From Bilabrum cf. latius (lineage: Eukaryota), in assembly GCA_965178125.1 (NCBI GenBank), contig OZ237741.1, positions 434,001 to 498,000 on the forward strand: a stretch of DNA of 64,000 nucleotides. Reading direction: 5' to 3'. Positions 25,193 through 36,919 of this stretch are shown one piece after another; positions within the stretch are counted from its first letter, which is position 1; each line of letters begins with the position of its first letter. The notes below the pieces were generated by a model. It had not been told where the DNA came from, searched no databases, and saw only the letters and a list, made by a program, of their open reading frames with translations. A program made the translations under genes and the position numbers.

Positions 25193-28100
25193 TCATTCAG
25201 CATCGTCCCTCTTCCGCTTCTTGCCCACTGCCGCCTTCCCGTTCGAGTCTGACGTCCCATCCAGCATCATCATGCAGCCTCGGGCCGCGTTCCGCAAAGC
25301 TCCGCCGCCAAGCTTGCCGTCATAGATCCCGCGCGACGCCGCCGACAGCGTCGCAGCCTGCTCGTCTGACAGCCCGGCAGCTGCGGCTGAGGATGCTTCG
25401 GTCGACTTCCGAGAAGACGTGGCGCGTAGCATCGTTCGCAACGCCGTCGCTGCAGCGACCAGCCTGCTCGGCTTGATCGCGACCTTGTCAAAGTCACCGC
25501 CAGCTGCTTCTAGCACCTTAGCCTTGTCCTCGTCCCCGACACGCTTCCTGGCTTTCTTGCTGGCGCGCAGCATGCTTGAAGTGCTAGCTACCACGGTCGT
25601 TGCCAGGCTATTCGAAAGCCCAGATGCCACGGTCCCGAAGGGAGTCTGAGCAAAGCTCACTGCCACGCCAGCCGTTGCATCGTCCCCGGCTGACTTGTTC
25701 CCATCGGCTGTCTGCGCAGCCTTGGCTTGGACCTCAACTGCCACCGACCGCAGGTCCATGTCCTGCAAGTCTGCCCATGCCTTTGCATCCGCAGTCGCCT
25801 TGCACAGCTGGTAGGCCAGCTTGAAGCACTCCTCCCTGCGAAAATCATTGCGGCCATGCAAGCTGCCGTGAGACAGAAGGGGAGCCAGCCTCCAAGCAAA
25901 TCCAAGGTCCTGCCCGCCCCCTTGCTCAGCTTCATCAGCACCAGCGCCAGAGGCAGCGCCTCCCTTGCCTCTACTGGAACCGTCGATGGAGCGAGCAATG
26001 AGGGTCTGCACGGGCAGCAGGCTCAGCTTAGACCCTGCCTTGGTGAGATAGTGTCCAGCCTATTCAGTCACCGAGCGCAGCAAGCTGTCTGCAGCCTCCC
26101 GGCCGAGGCCCCAGGTGCTCGGCTCGGCGTCCACGCCCACCGCAGATGCGACTGTCTTCGCAGCCTTCACGTAGAGGAAGGCAGTGTCGCAGGCAGCTGC
26201 GAGGAAATCTGTCCCGGGACTCTTTTTGCTCAGCTCGAAGCAGCTCACCGAATCGCTCACAAGCAGCTTCAGCACCTCTTTGCCTTCCTTTCCGTCACCA
26301 ACTACCGCCTTCCAGCCTGCTTTGCTGCCTCCGTTGCACCTGCACGCCTTCCGAAGCAGCGAGCCAAGCCTGGTGGCAAGCGCCATGGACGCCTGCTGGG
26401 CCTCCCTGGCCTCTCCCCTGCCACCGCTCGCAGCTGCGTCCCCGGCAGCAACAACGGCTCTTCGCATCGCCAGAAGGAGCAGGTGCAGCAGTGGCCAGCC
26501 AAAGTAGATGCTCATTGGAGTGCCATCCACGCGCCTTAGCAGCACCTCGACTGCACCGAGGGTCCGCAACACGAAGGCCTGCCTTGCCCTACGAGCCTGC
26601 GCCAAAGCACGCTTCTGGTTCCTCTGTGTGCTGATGATAAAGGCAGCTGCCCGCTCCGCGGCCTCGCCCTCTGCCTGCATCTGGTCGAGATCGGAGTCGC
26701 TGTCGCTGTCGCTGCCATCACCGCCTGCACCAGCACCCGACGATGCCGCAGGTGTGGCTACCTCCTTGGCTTTCTGCTCGCTGCCGCTCTCTTCTTCGTC
26801 CTCGTCGTCGTCGTCGTCATCATCATCGCTGTCATCGTCGCTTGAATCTTCCATGGCGGCCGCCCCCTCCATCTCGTCGTCGTCGGACTCCTCGCCAGAC
26901 ACCATAGGCTTGCCCAAAGCTAGGCTCTCCGCGGGAGCGAGGAGGGTCTGCAGCCCTTCGATGGAGAGGAAAGACGAACAGGACCGTAAGGCTGCGTTGG
27001 CTGCCTCCTGGGTCAGGCTGTCAGCGCGGCTGAGCAGTACGAGCACCACGTCAGCAACCACGGCGAAGGTGTCTTGCTTTCCGTCGGCCGACTTGACCCT
27101 CTGTCCATCGAGCCACTTGGAGGCATCGCCGCACGGAAGCTCGACCGAGTCGGCCGGGCCGGGACCGCCACTCTCCTCACTTGACTCGCTTCCAATGGCA
27201 CCCAGGCCAGCCCCCTCGAGAGCGGCGGAGGCAGCGTCAATCTTGGACTGCACTCCCGGCGCAGCACCGGCCGCATCGGCGTCTCCTGCCTTGCTCGGGC
27301 TCTTCTTCGACTTCTTCGATTTGCCCTTTCCTTTCTGGGGTGTCTTGCTCCCAGTGCTGGTCTCCGTGTCCTCGATGTCTGCAGCGGCTCGGAGGAACGG
27401 CAGTAGCAGCTTGCTGAGAGCCACTGCCAGGTCCTCGGTGGCCGCGCACAGCTCCAGATCTCCTGCCTCTGGCTCCTCGTCGCTGTCGTCATCACTGCCA
27501 CCCTCACCGCTCCCGTCCTGCACCTCTACCATGCAGGCCAGCGCGCTAAGAGAGAGAGCGGCGGCCCCGTTGAGGAGCAGCCTCCTGCCCTACTGGACCG
27601 CTGGGCCGCCGTGCGCATCAAGCGCGCCGGCAGCCTCCGAAAATGCGGACGATACGGCCAGTGCGATCTACCTGGCGCGCAATGCCGCAGAACCGCCCGG
27701 AATGGGAACGAGCGCGGCGGGCTTGAACCCACCCTCGCCTCCCTCAGCCACGCCAGCCAGGCCCTCGAGGCCCGCTTCGATGGCCGAGTGGCACGTGCCG
27801 GCCCAGGACAGCGCCGACCGCGCATTCGCGTCGATCAAGTCCTGTACCTTTGGCTCCTGCGGGGCGGCATCGCTCTCCGCTGCGCTCTCCTCAGCGCTGC
27901 TTTCGGCCCCTGCACCGGCGGAAGGAGAGCTGGACTCGATTGCGTCAGAGGGCGCGGATCCTCTGTGGGCAAGCTCTGCCACGAGCCCGGCCAGCTGCTC
28001 TCTGCACCTGCGCACGGCGTTACCCTCCAGCTGGCTTTCACCATCGACCTAGAACACTGCGAGGTGCACCATGGACCGCAGGGCCTCGTAGATGAACTCA

Positions 28101-30049
28101 AGCGTGGAGGGCGATACCTGCCTGGACCCGAGCCACACGGCACCGTCGTCGCTGCTGGCACTGGCAGCAGCCGCACCCGCTGAGGAGGCTCGTCCGGTCA
28201 GGTTCAGGACCAGCTCCTTCGCAGAGCGCAGCGCATCCAGCCGCTCTGCGCTCGTCTTGCTGGGATCCTGGATCCTGGCCAGCACGCTCGACCCGTACGA
28301 CTCGATTGCCTCACCGGTGAGCAGCTGCTGGAGGGCGCCCACGGCGCGCTTTACCACGCCGGCTGGGGCCGCACCCTTGCCCTGCCCCGTCGCCAGTGCC
28401 ACCATGCATCCGCTTGCAAAATCATCGACGGAGTCAGCTGAGGCAGACGACGAGGAGCTGCTGCTGCTGCTGCTGCTAGTAGAGGAGGTGGCGGTACCGG
28501 CTCGCTCAGTGGCCGACTTTACGACTGCCTCAAGGGCCAGCTTGCTGGCGTCCTTGAGCGACTCTGACGCGCGGACGCTCCTCCTAGCCCTTCCCGGCCC
28601 CGTCGTTGCCACAGCGATGGTGCTCGCGGTCGCCCGGCTCCACACCACGGGCGCCACAGGGCTCCCAGGGGGGCACAGTGGCAGGGTTGCTGACACCACG
28701 ATGAGAGCCGCGGCGCGCTCTCTCGCATTGCCCGTCCCAAGCATCCTGCTCTCCACGCACTCGCCCCAGAAGCGCCTAAACGCGGCCGCGTCCGCCGGCT
28801 GTGCCGGGGGCAGTCCGGAAGGCGCGGCGTTCCCCGCGCGTGAAGGCAGCAGCACGCCCCGCCTCGCGAACCTCCAGAGCAAGCGGCGCCACGCGGGGTG
28901 CACCCTGGGAAAAGACTCTTCGGCCGCGCGCGCGAAGGCGTCCACAACGCTGTGCCCCTCCGGCTTGGACTCGGAATCGTCGAGCACCTGCCTCAGCTTC
29001 ACCACCGGGCCAGGCACGCTGCTGCCCCCCTTCTTCAACTTCTTTCCGCTGGCCTCCCATGCCTCTTCTAGAGCAAGCACGGCCGCGATTAGGCCTCCGT
29101 CCCAGCCCGATGGTTTCCCGCCGAGCAGCTGCCCATAGGGTCCGAGCAGGAACCGCTGCACGGTCTTCCAGGGAAGGGCCGTGGCGAGCACGGCGAGAAC
29201 TTCGCCGCAGATCGGTCTCATGTACTCTTTCTTTCCTGCCATAAAGGTAGCGTCCTTTGCGATAGCCGCTGCGATTTTTCCGGCGTGCGAAGCGGATGCG
29301 TCGTCGATTGCAGCCGAAGCCTAAGAGGACCCGTTTGTCGCAAGCGAGATGACGCTCCCGCCGCCACCCTACTCCATCGATTCCATTCTAGCTTTGTACG
29401 CCTTTGCAGCCCTGGCGGCTGCGCTTGACGCGGTAGATCCCGCCAGCAGTCCGGCACGAACGAGGGCGAGATACCCGAAGCACCTGCCCAGCATGCGATG
29501 CTTCTCTTCGGTCGATGACAATCGGCCAGAATCCAGGGCACCCGACTATGTTCGGACTTTATGTCCGTCACCAGATGTGGCTAGATGATCTCTAATGAGC
29601 AAATAGACGTCGTTGAGACCAGCCTTGTGGATCAAAATTGCCTCGACAAGCGTGGCAGCGTAGCCCTGCCGCGAGGCATCATGGCCCGACCCAAGGCCTC
29701 TGACCAGCCTTGTAATCACATACTTTGCTTCTTCCGAAATCGAATCAAGAGGCATGTGCTTTTCACCTGCCATCGATACACGTGTGCCAGCACGGCTTCC
29801 AATGCTACGCAAAAGGGCAACTCCAGAGCCAGATCTCTCCGGCAGCTTCTAGGAGGACAGCCCATCAAATGATCGCAGGGTTTCACTAGATGCTTTTAAT
29901 ACGCGACCCTATGCAACTGGCTTGGCCGATCGATTGACGTTGGGAGTGTCTTTAGCTCCGCCTTTCGCCTGGTTGCTGTTGGCCTTCGTCGGCGCAGATC
30001 CCGACTTTTCCTTCCGTGCTACTTTCTTCGGTCTGCCAGATGAAGGCAT
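25193..30049 (-). CDS. MYBBP1A: MYBBP1A / Pol5 (DNA polymerase phi family) nucleolar protein, ~1618 aa
   Basis: YVITRLVRGLGSGHDASRQGYAATL, EEKHRMLGRCFGYLALVRAG, FPRVHPAW, FWGECVE, VVADVVLVLLSR, acidic tract, basic C-terminus GKKRKR. All pieces are in one frame separated by TAG; ends TGA. Confidence 0.8.
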
Positions 30050-30336
30050 TTCTGTACTATTAAGGCAAATTAGTCAAAAGTGGTATCGGGACAACTAGGT
30101 GCCACCAGCTGCTGCACTTGTTTCACTTTGCGCAGTTCCTTGCATTGCGGAACTAACGATTGCGCGGCGACCAGTTGCACCGGACGAACGTTGGGGTGCG
30201 ATAGGTCGAGACTACTGATCAGCTTCGGCTTCTCAGGCGCCAAATTTCGAGTGCGATCTTTTGTCTGCTGCGCATATCATCATAATAGAGCTTATAGCTT
30301 ACTTTCTGCGTAAAATATTCTAAAGGAACGGGTCAG

Positions 30337-33262
30337 ATGGCCGCTACAGCGTCTGGCACAACCAGTGGTGCACCGGCCATCAGTGCGCCAGCTCCGGCTC
30401 CCTCGAAGGATCCCGGAAAGGCCTTAAACGCTGCGAGCAAAGCTCGTAAAACGAAGCGTTTTGTACGCAAGGCTACCGAGAATTGGTCGGAATAGCCGCC
30501 TATTGGCCGCTACCCGCTCGAGAACCAGACCTCCAGCATGGGAAGGCCAGTCAACCCTTTTGTTTGGCTAAGGGTGGCATTTTGTTGCATGACTTGCATC
30601 CCTATGATCCGTTTGTTGGTATTTGCCCTAACATTTTGCTTTGGCTATTCCTACATGAGCCTGGTCATGTGTGGCCACGAAGGAATAGATAGAATCTCGA
30701 AAGAGGGCAGGCCGATGAATGCCTGCCGCCGGTCCATGCTAGCACCTGTCAACTGGATGCTTCGAACTATGTTCTTCCTATTTGGGGTGCTTTGGATCGA
30801 GGAGTTCTACCACGACGACTCGCCGTATGCGATCCACTGCTGGTTTTGCTGCTCTCGGCGATCGGAGATTGCTGCCGCAACAAAGGGAGCTGATGCGGAA
30901 CAGCCGTCCGAGTGCAACCCACTCACGGACGATATTAACACTGGCAAGGCCGGGGCGCCACCGAGCTACGGCTGCGGCAGCCTCATGTGGGCCATCGGCG
31001 CCCGATACGTGTTCTGCTGCTGCTGTCCGTACTTGCGGTCGCCTGATTGCCCTCGAGTAGTCGCGATCGGGGGTCATAACAGTGAGACAATGTATTGCAA
31101 CGATTTTTAGTGCTGCGTCGGAATCAGTGGCAGCCCTCATTCCTAGAATCCATTTCGCTGAGATTGCTGCTATGTCTCATCGCGCAGGTGTATTCGACAT
31201 CCTCATGGTGGGCTCGCATTTCCTGCCGACCATTACAATGAAAGAGGAAGTGACACGGTTCCCTTTCATCGGGGCGAAGATCGCATCCCTGGCTCCGATC
31301 CTGGTGCCCCGTTCCGCAGAGGAGAGGAAGAGGCTGCCGCCGCCCGCGGTGCAGCTCGTGCGAAGGGCGCATACGGCGGTCGAGGACCCATACACGCACC
31401 CTCCCATCCTAGTGTTTCCAGAGGGCACCACTGCCGGGAAGCGCTGGCTCCTTGAGTTCCAGCGAGGGGCATTCCTGCCGGGTGTCCCCGTGCAGCCAGT
31501 GATGCTGCAGTACCCGGGCATGTGCTTCGACTCGACTTGGACTCCGGACACTGACACCTTGTGGCTGAGCTTGCAGGGCATTACTTCATGCTTCAATCGC
31601 ATTCAGATGAGGTACTTGAAGCCCTCGTTGCCCACATCGGCACAGAGGAGAGACCCCTACCGCTGGGGATACGAGGTGAGGAGACAGCTGGCGGTGGCAG
31701 CGTGCGAGTCGGAGGCCGCTTCCCGAGCCATTCCAGTGCCGTACTCCGACCACGACTCCATCATGCTCAACCAATTCATGCGAATCGGCGCTGGAAAGTA
31801 CTGCATGGACCACATCAACGCGTGGAAGCAGGACTGGGGGGTGGGGCAGCTCCTGGACGAAGAGCCCTGGGAGAGAGCAGAGGGATTCCGGGTGTCCACG
31901 GGCCTGAATCCAGGGGACGCGATCAGTGAGCTGCCATCGGCTCAACGGAGAGGAATGCTGATCCGGGAAGGGAGGAAAGCCGCTGGGCTGGGCGTGTACC
32001 AGTTTACGGAGCTCGCTCTCCGGTTCCATGACGCAGACAAGGACAAGGACGGACTGATCGAGCGCGGCGAGTTCTCCGAGTTCTTGCACCCGCCGCAGCT
32101 GAGGGAGCACCTCTAGAAGCATGATCCGGCCGCGGCACAGGCCGCACTGCTTGCGTCAGGGAACAAGGACAGGATACTCGCCCTGTTCGACCTGCTAGTG
32201 GAGTGGGGCAGGGACTCTGGGAGCTTCCAGAGCCAAGCCGGTGGCGGCAACGAGAACAAGCTGTCCTTCCGGCAGTGCGTCCTCGGGCTCGGGGTTGTGC
32301 TGAGCTCATACAAGGCGATGCAGAAAGCGCAGGCTCATGCAGCTGCCGAAGATGCCAAGCAAGCAGGCTCCACAGCAGGGGAGGAGAAGGAGGTGGATGC
32401 CGGAGCTGGTGGTGCGGCAGCGGCGGCTGCTGCTGCAGACTCGACGACGACAGCCGGCCAGGAAAGCGCCGGGAAATAGCTGGCTGGTGCATCGGCCGAG
32501 GGTCCGGTGGTGAAGGTCGACATCACGCAGGCTTCTGCTGCGAATGATGTGGCTCGTGCCACCGCAGCTGAAGGCATGATCGGAGACCCGACCACCGGGG
32601 TCCCGCCCAAGCAGCTTAAGACAAGGCCTGGACCCATCCACGATTCCGCAGAGATCGTCGAATCGGAATACACGACAACCATGAATACGAGCACTGCACC
32701 TGGGACCAGCGGAACGTCGTACGATGCAAACCCACCGGTGGCCGGTAGGCACATGACGGACAAGGACATAGGAAGGCTCCTGCGGGCTCCCTCCAACCTC
32801 GAAATGGGCGCAGCTGCCATCGCCTCCACGACAGACCTGCGAGCCAGGATGCTGTTCGCCATCTTCGACGAGGACGGAGACGGGGAGCTGAACAGGAACG
32901 AGCTCAAGGCGCTGCTGGTGGCAGCCGACCGAGCCAGGATGCTGCAGGCAGGCGAGGAGGACGAACTCATCGAAGTGGTAGCCTCGGGAGGCGGCGCAGG
33001 CACATCAACACCGAGCGCGTCTCCTATTTCGCCCAGAAAAGCACCCACGCGGATGCGGCGAGCTGCCAGCATCCGAGTGGAGCAAGAAGTGACCGAGATG
33101 CTCGACACGCTGCAGGTACCTCAGCCTGTCGGTGCCGGTGAGGGGGTTGAGAAGGTGGACTTTAACACGTTCAAGTAGCTGTGCGACAAGAAGGAGGTGT
33201 TCGAACGGCTGCTAGTGGGTGCTGGCTGGTGGTTCGGGAGCATACTGTCCGTTGAGCTGTGA
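30337..33262 (+). CDS. Lysophospholipid acyltransferase (LPCAT1/2-like) with C-terminal EF-hands, ~939 aa
   Basis: Intron 31082-31187 restores the catalytic HxxxxD (GHNSVFD). LVFPEGTT, FQRGAFLPGVPVQPV; EF-hands DADKDKDGLIERGE and DEDGDGELNRNE. TAG read through at ~30493, 32114, 32477 and 33176; TGA 33260. Confidence 0.88.
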
Positions 33263-33574
33263 CCTGGCAAAGTTTTGGCTACGGGCCCCGCGTTGGCGCT
33301 GTAGCACGCCCAGGCTGCCGGGGGCCTAAAGAAGCCGATCGGGGTGAGCGGGCCCTGGCTGAGCACACATAGCTGCCCAGCAATCGGCAGCTGCAGCTCT
33401 GGAAGGCTTCACACGAAAGCACCAGATGATGGTGCGCGGCTCACCGATGCATGTAGGTGCGGCCGCTTTATGATGTTTGCTTGTTCAAAGACCCTTCTGA
33501 GGCTCCGTTTACTTCAATTAAACACGCAACGCGGTGCCAGGGTCGAGCCCCGGACGCATACCTACCACCCGCCA

Positions 33575-35448
33575 TCAAGCCCAACTGCCAATCAGCTACC
33601 CCAAAGCACCGCAGGCAAGGGCAACTGACTAGCCCAAGGCCGCACCACCCACCCCTTCCCCGGATCCAAGGAACTATCCGCCTTCATTGTCACTACCCCC
33701 TCTCAGTTGCCTAGCAGCCCTAGATGCACCCCCTCCATCGCCCCCTTCAATAAAAATATTATCACCCAGCTGCGTGAAGTCGCCTGCCGGTAAGTTCGGC
33801 TGGAACGTCTCGCCCGAGCCGTCTGCCCCGCTGGGAGCCGTTCTATGCCCGCCTTTTTCTCCACCCTTACCCATGAATGGCGCAGGATCATCGCCACCCA
33901 TAGCCTCTGACTTGCCCCCGCCCCCTTTGGTTGACGTATTCGACTTGCTGTAGAAAGCCATCTGCCACACCAGCGACAGGAGCGCGCCCACTGCCACACC
34001 AAGGCGCGCGGCCGGCGGCAAGCGGCCTCCTACCACGCAGAGGAAGGCAGGCAGCCCAAACATGAAACCAGTGAATACTCCGATCAGGAACGGCATCAGA
34101 TGCTCGCGCATAAACCCGCGGCCAGCACCACCCTCGCCCCCAGCCTCTCCTCGCCTCCTCACGATCTCCTGCAAACGCTCCAAATTCAGCGCACCACCGT
34201 GCTGTGCACCTCCGCCGGCATTTCCGCCGGCATCATCAGCACCCAGTCCAATACCAGCCCTCCTCATTTGTTCCCTGAGATCCCTGTTCCCCGCACGGGA
34301 GGCCACAGCCACGAACGGAAGCAATGCCACCATCACCGCGCGGCATTCAACAACGGACCGCCGCTGCCGCCGCCCTCCGCCACCGCCACGCCTCCCACCC
34401 CGCTGCTATCGCCCGCCAGCATTGCCACCGCCACCAGGCACGGTGACGGAATCGGCCGAATGGACGGAGGACGCCTCTTCGGAATCTTCATCTTCGTTCT
34501 GCCCCTCGCCCCCACGAGCTCCCAGCGCCCCCCCGTCGCCCTCGCCATCACTGACGGCACCCGCTGGTGCTGCTGCTGCTGCTGCTGCGCCGTTCCGGTT
34601 TCTCAGACCGCACCCCCGAACTGCCTGCAGGATCGGGTTCTATATGAGCGGCAGCACCGCCGCGAAAAATTCTCCGTGCGCGGGCTGCATCAGGATCCAG
34701 GCGTCCTCGGCGCGCCGCACCACAGACATGCCGTCGCCGCTGTTCCGGTTTGCAGGAGGGGCGGAAGCGTCCCCAGGACGACCATTCTGCAGTGGATTCG
34801 CGCCTGGTGGTTCCATGTCGCCATTTGCGGGGGCGGCGGCCCGGTCGGCAGCTCTTCCCTGGTTCAGCTGCCCCATGCGCTGGGCCACCCTGCCGATGCC
34901 CGTGGCGTGCACCACTCGCAGGGCGTTGATCGTCTCATCCGCGACATCAGCGGCTCGCAATCGGTCTAAACCGCGGAGTTGAGAATATGGATGGTTTCGC
35001 ACGGGGTCGTTAGGCGTCTGCGGCGCAGCCGCACCAAGCAGTTGCTGCTGCTCTGCTGCGCCTGCTGCAACGTCACTTGTCACCGGGTGTTCCGGCCTCC
35101 TCGTCACCGGTCCCGGAATCAGCATGACAACTGACTGGTCAAGCTTATCAGCAAACGATGATAAGTGCTCACTGTCCGGTTTCAGCTCACGGCCACAGGC
35201 AAAAAGTCGCAACTACCGGCCTGTCAGGGTCGTATCCGAGGCGAACGACTGGCGCAATCTCTGCGAAAGGATCCCAGAATGCGAAAAGCTATGCACGCAT
35301 TTGCTGCAGGTGCTTGCGATCCCAGCGGATGCTGTTCATAGAAAGTAGGCCAGATTTTTCTCACGTTTGCTAACTCCATTACTGTCGAACTAGCGTCAAT
35401 TTCAACATTCTCTTGTTTCTCCCTGTATCTGACTCGAAATTGCAGCAT
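33575..35448 (-). CDS. Dsc3/DUF2407-like protein (N-terminal ubiquitin-like domain, C-terminal TM hairpin), ~589 aa
   Basis: Ubl MLQFRVRY..STVMELAN|RLR..GR*LRLFACGREL after intron 35261-35364. RGLDRLRAADVADETINALR, RRAEDAWI; TMs FLIGVFTGFMFGL and RLGVAVGALLSL. TGA at 33575. Confidence 0.68.
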
Positions 35449-35617
35449 ACTTAACAGTAGAACAGTACCGCTGGAAGTTGGCTTCAAGCCAGTCCGGGTT
35501 TTCTTCGCAAGGATTCCATCGGACGTGTTCGAAACGGAACTTCGGAATGCGCGGCGCCCTTGGATGCATCGCACTGTCCTGCAGGCGCGAAGGTCCGTTG
35601 AACAATAATTTTGTATC

Positions 35618-36862
35618 ATGGCAGGCTTTGGAAGAACGCAACGAGAGATGGAAGCAATATCTAGGGAGAGAAGATACGAGGACCGTATGCTCACGTCAAA
35701 GCAGCGTGTTATTGGGATCGACAAATCAGCTCTGGACGAACAGGCCGAACACAAGCGGCGACTTGCGGAATTGAAGGCGTAGGAATCGCTTGCTACAGGT
35801 AAGATTTAGTTTATTGTTGCGTATTTACTTTCGATTCGTGTCCATACACTTGCTTTTAGTCTGAACACTCCCCTCAATCGGCACTGCGCAGCATCAGCAA
35901 TGGCGGCTGCCGCGCAGGCAGCAGATGCCTTGGAAGACCAGCAACGGCGTGAAGAGACTGAAAAGATGCGAGATTTGCGCGCAGCATGGCGCGCGCAGAG
36001 CGACCGGACAAAGCGGGCCGAGTACGACCTCAGCGATCCGTCGCAGCGTCGCAAAGACGAAGTGCCGCGTCTCTCTGCTACCCAGGATCTCAACGAGCGC
36101 GATGCCGCCCGCTTGGGACCATCCTCAGCCCAAGTATTCGCCGGCGAAGCAATGGACGACCCGTCGATCAAGGCCAGGCTCCGGGAAGAGCTCCTCCGGG
36201 ACAATGACGCTCTCCTCGCCGACAAGGCCAGGAGGGAGCAGGCCAGGAAAGACGCCGAGAGCGCATACGCAGCGTCAGTGGCCGCGGCTGCTGCCACCGC
36301 TGATCAGTTGGATGCCCAGCTCAAGGGCGAGCACCACTTGGACACCGGCACGAGGCTCATGCGGGAGAACGCGGTGCTTGCGCGGGAGAGGAAGAGGAGG
36401 GAGGCGGAGGAGAAGGAAAAGGAGGAGAGGGAGCGGCAGGCAGAGCTGGAGGCGATCCGGAGGGATTCGCGGCTGGCGGAGGGGCGGGCTGCGGGGTACG
36501 ACGCGAGGGATGGGAGGAGGCCCCGGAAGGATCACTTCAAGGGGTTCAGCGCGGAGGACGTGGATGCGGTCAGACGGGAGCAGGAGAGGCAGCGGCAGGA
36601 GAATGCCGCCAGGCGGGCGGAGGAAGCGGCCCGGAAGGCCGCTGCGGACCGTGCTCTGCTTGCCGCGTGTGCCGCTGCCGACTCGGCTGCTGCCGCTATG
36701 GATTCAGACAGGACCAGGGAACAACTGCGGTACGCAGCTGAGCTGCGGGCGCAGCAGCGCGAGGCCAACGCCAGGAAGAGGCGTGACGTGGCCCAGAGGA
36801 AAGAGAGGTACGACGAGACAGCGGGTGGGGTGCTCTCCGGGTTTGGCAAGCACCTGCGATGA
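35618..36862 (+). CDS. RIB43A: RIB43A-like axonemal ribbon (microtubule inner) protein, ~383 aa
   Basis: KQRVIGIDKSALDEQ, EYDLSDP, RLGPSSAQVFAGE, RPRKDHFKGFS, C-terminal FGKHLR. Intron 35799-35891 (GTAAG..CAG); TAG at 35780; TGA 36860. Confidence 0.85.
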
Positions 36863-36919
36863 TTGATTTCGAGCGAGAATTTCATGCATTTCATGCGTGG
36901 TGTGTGGCTCCCTACCTGG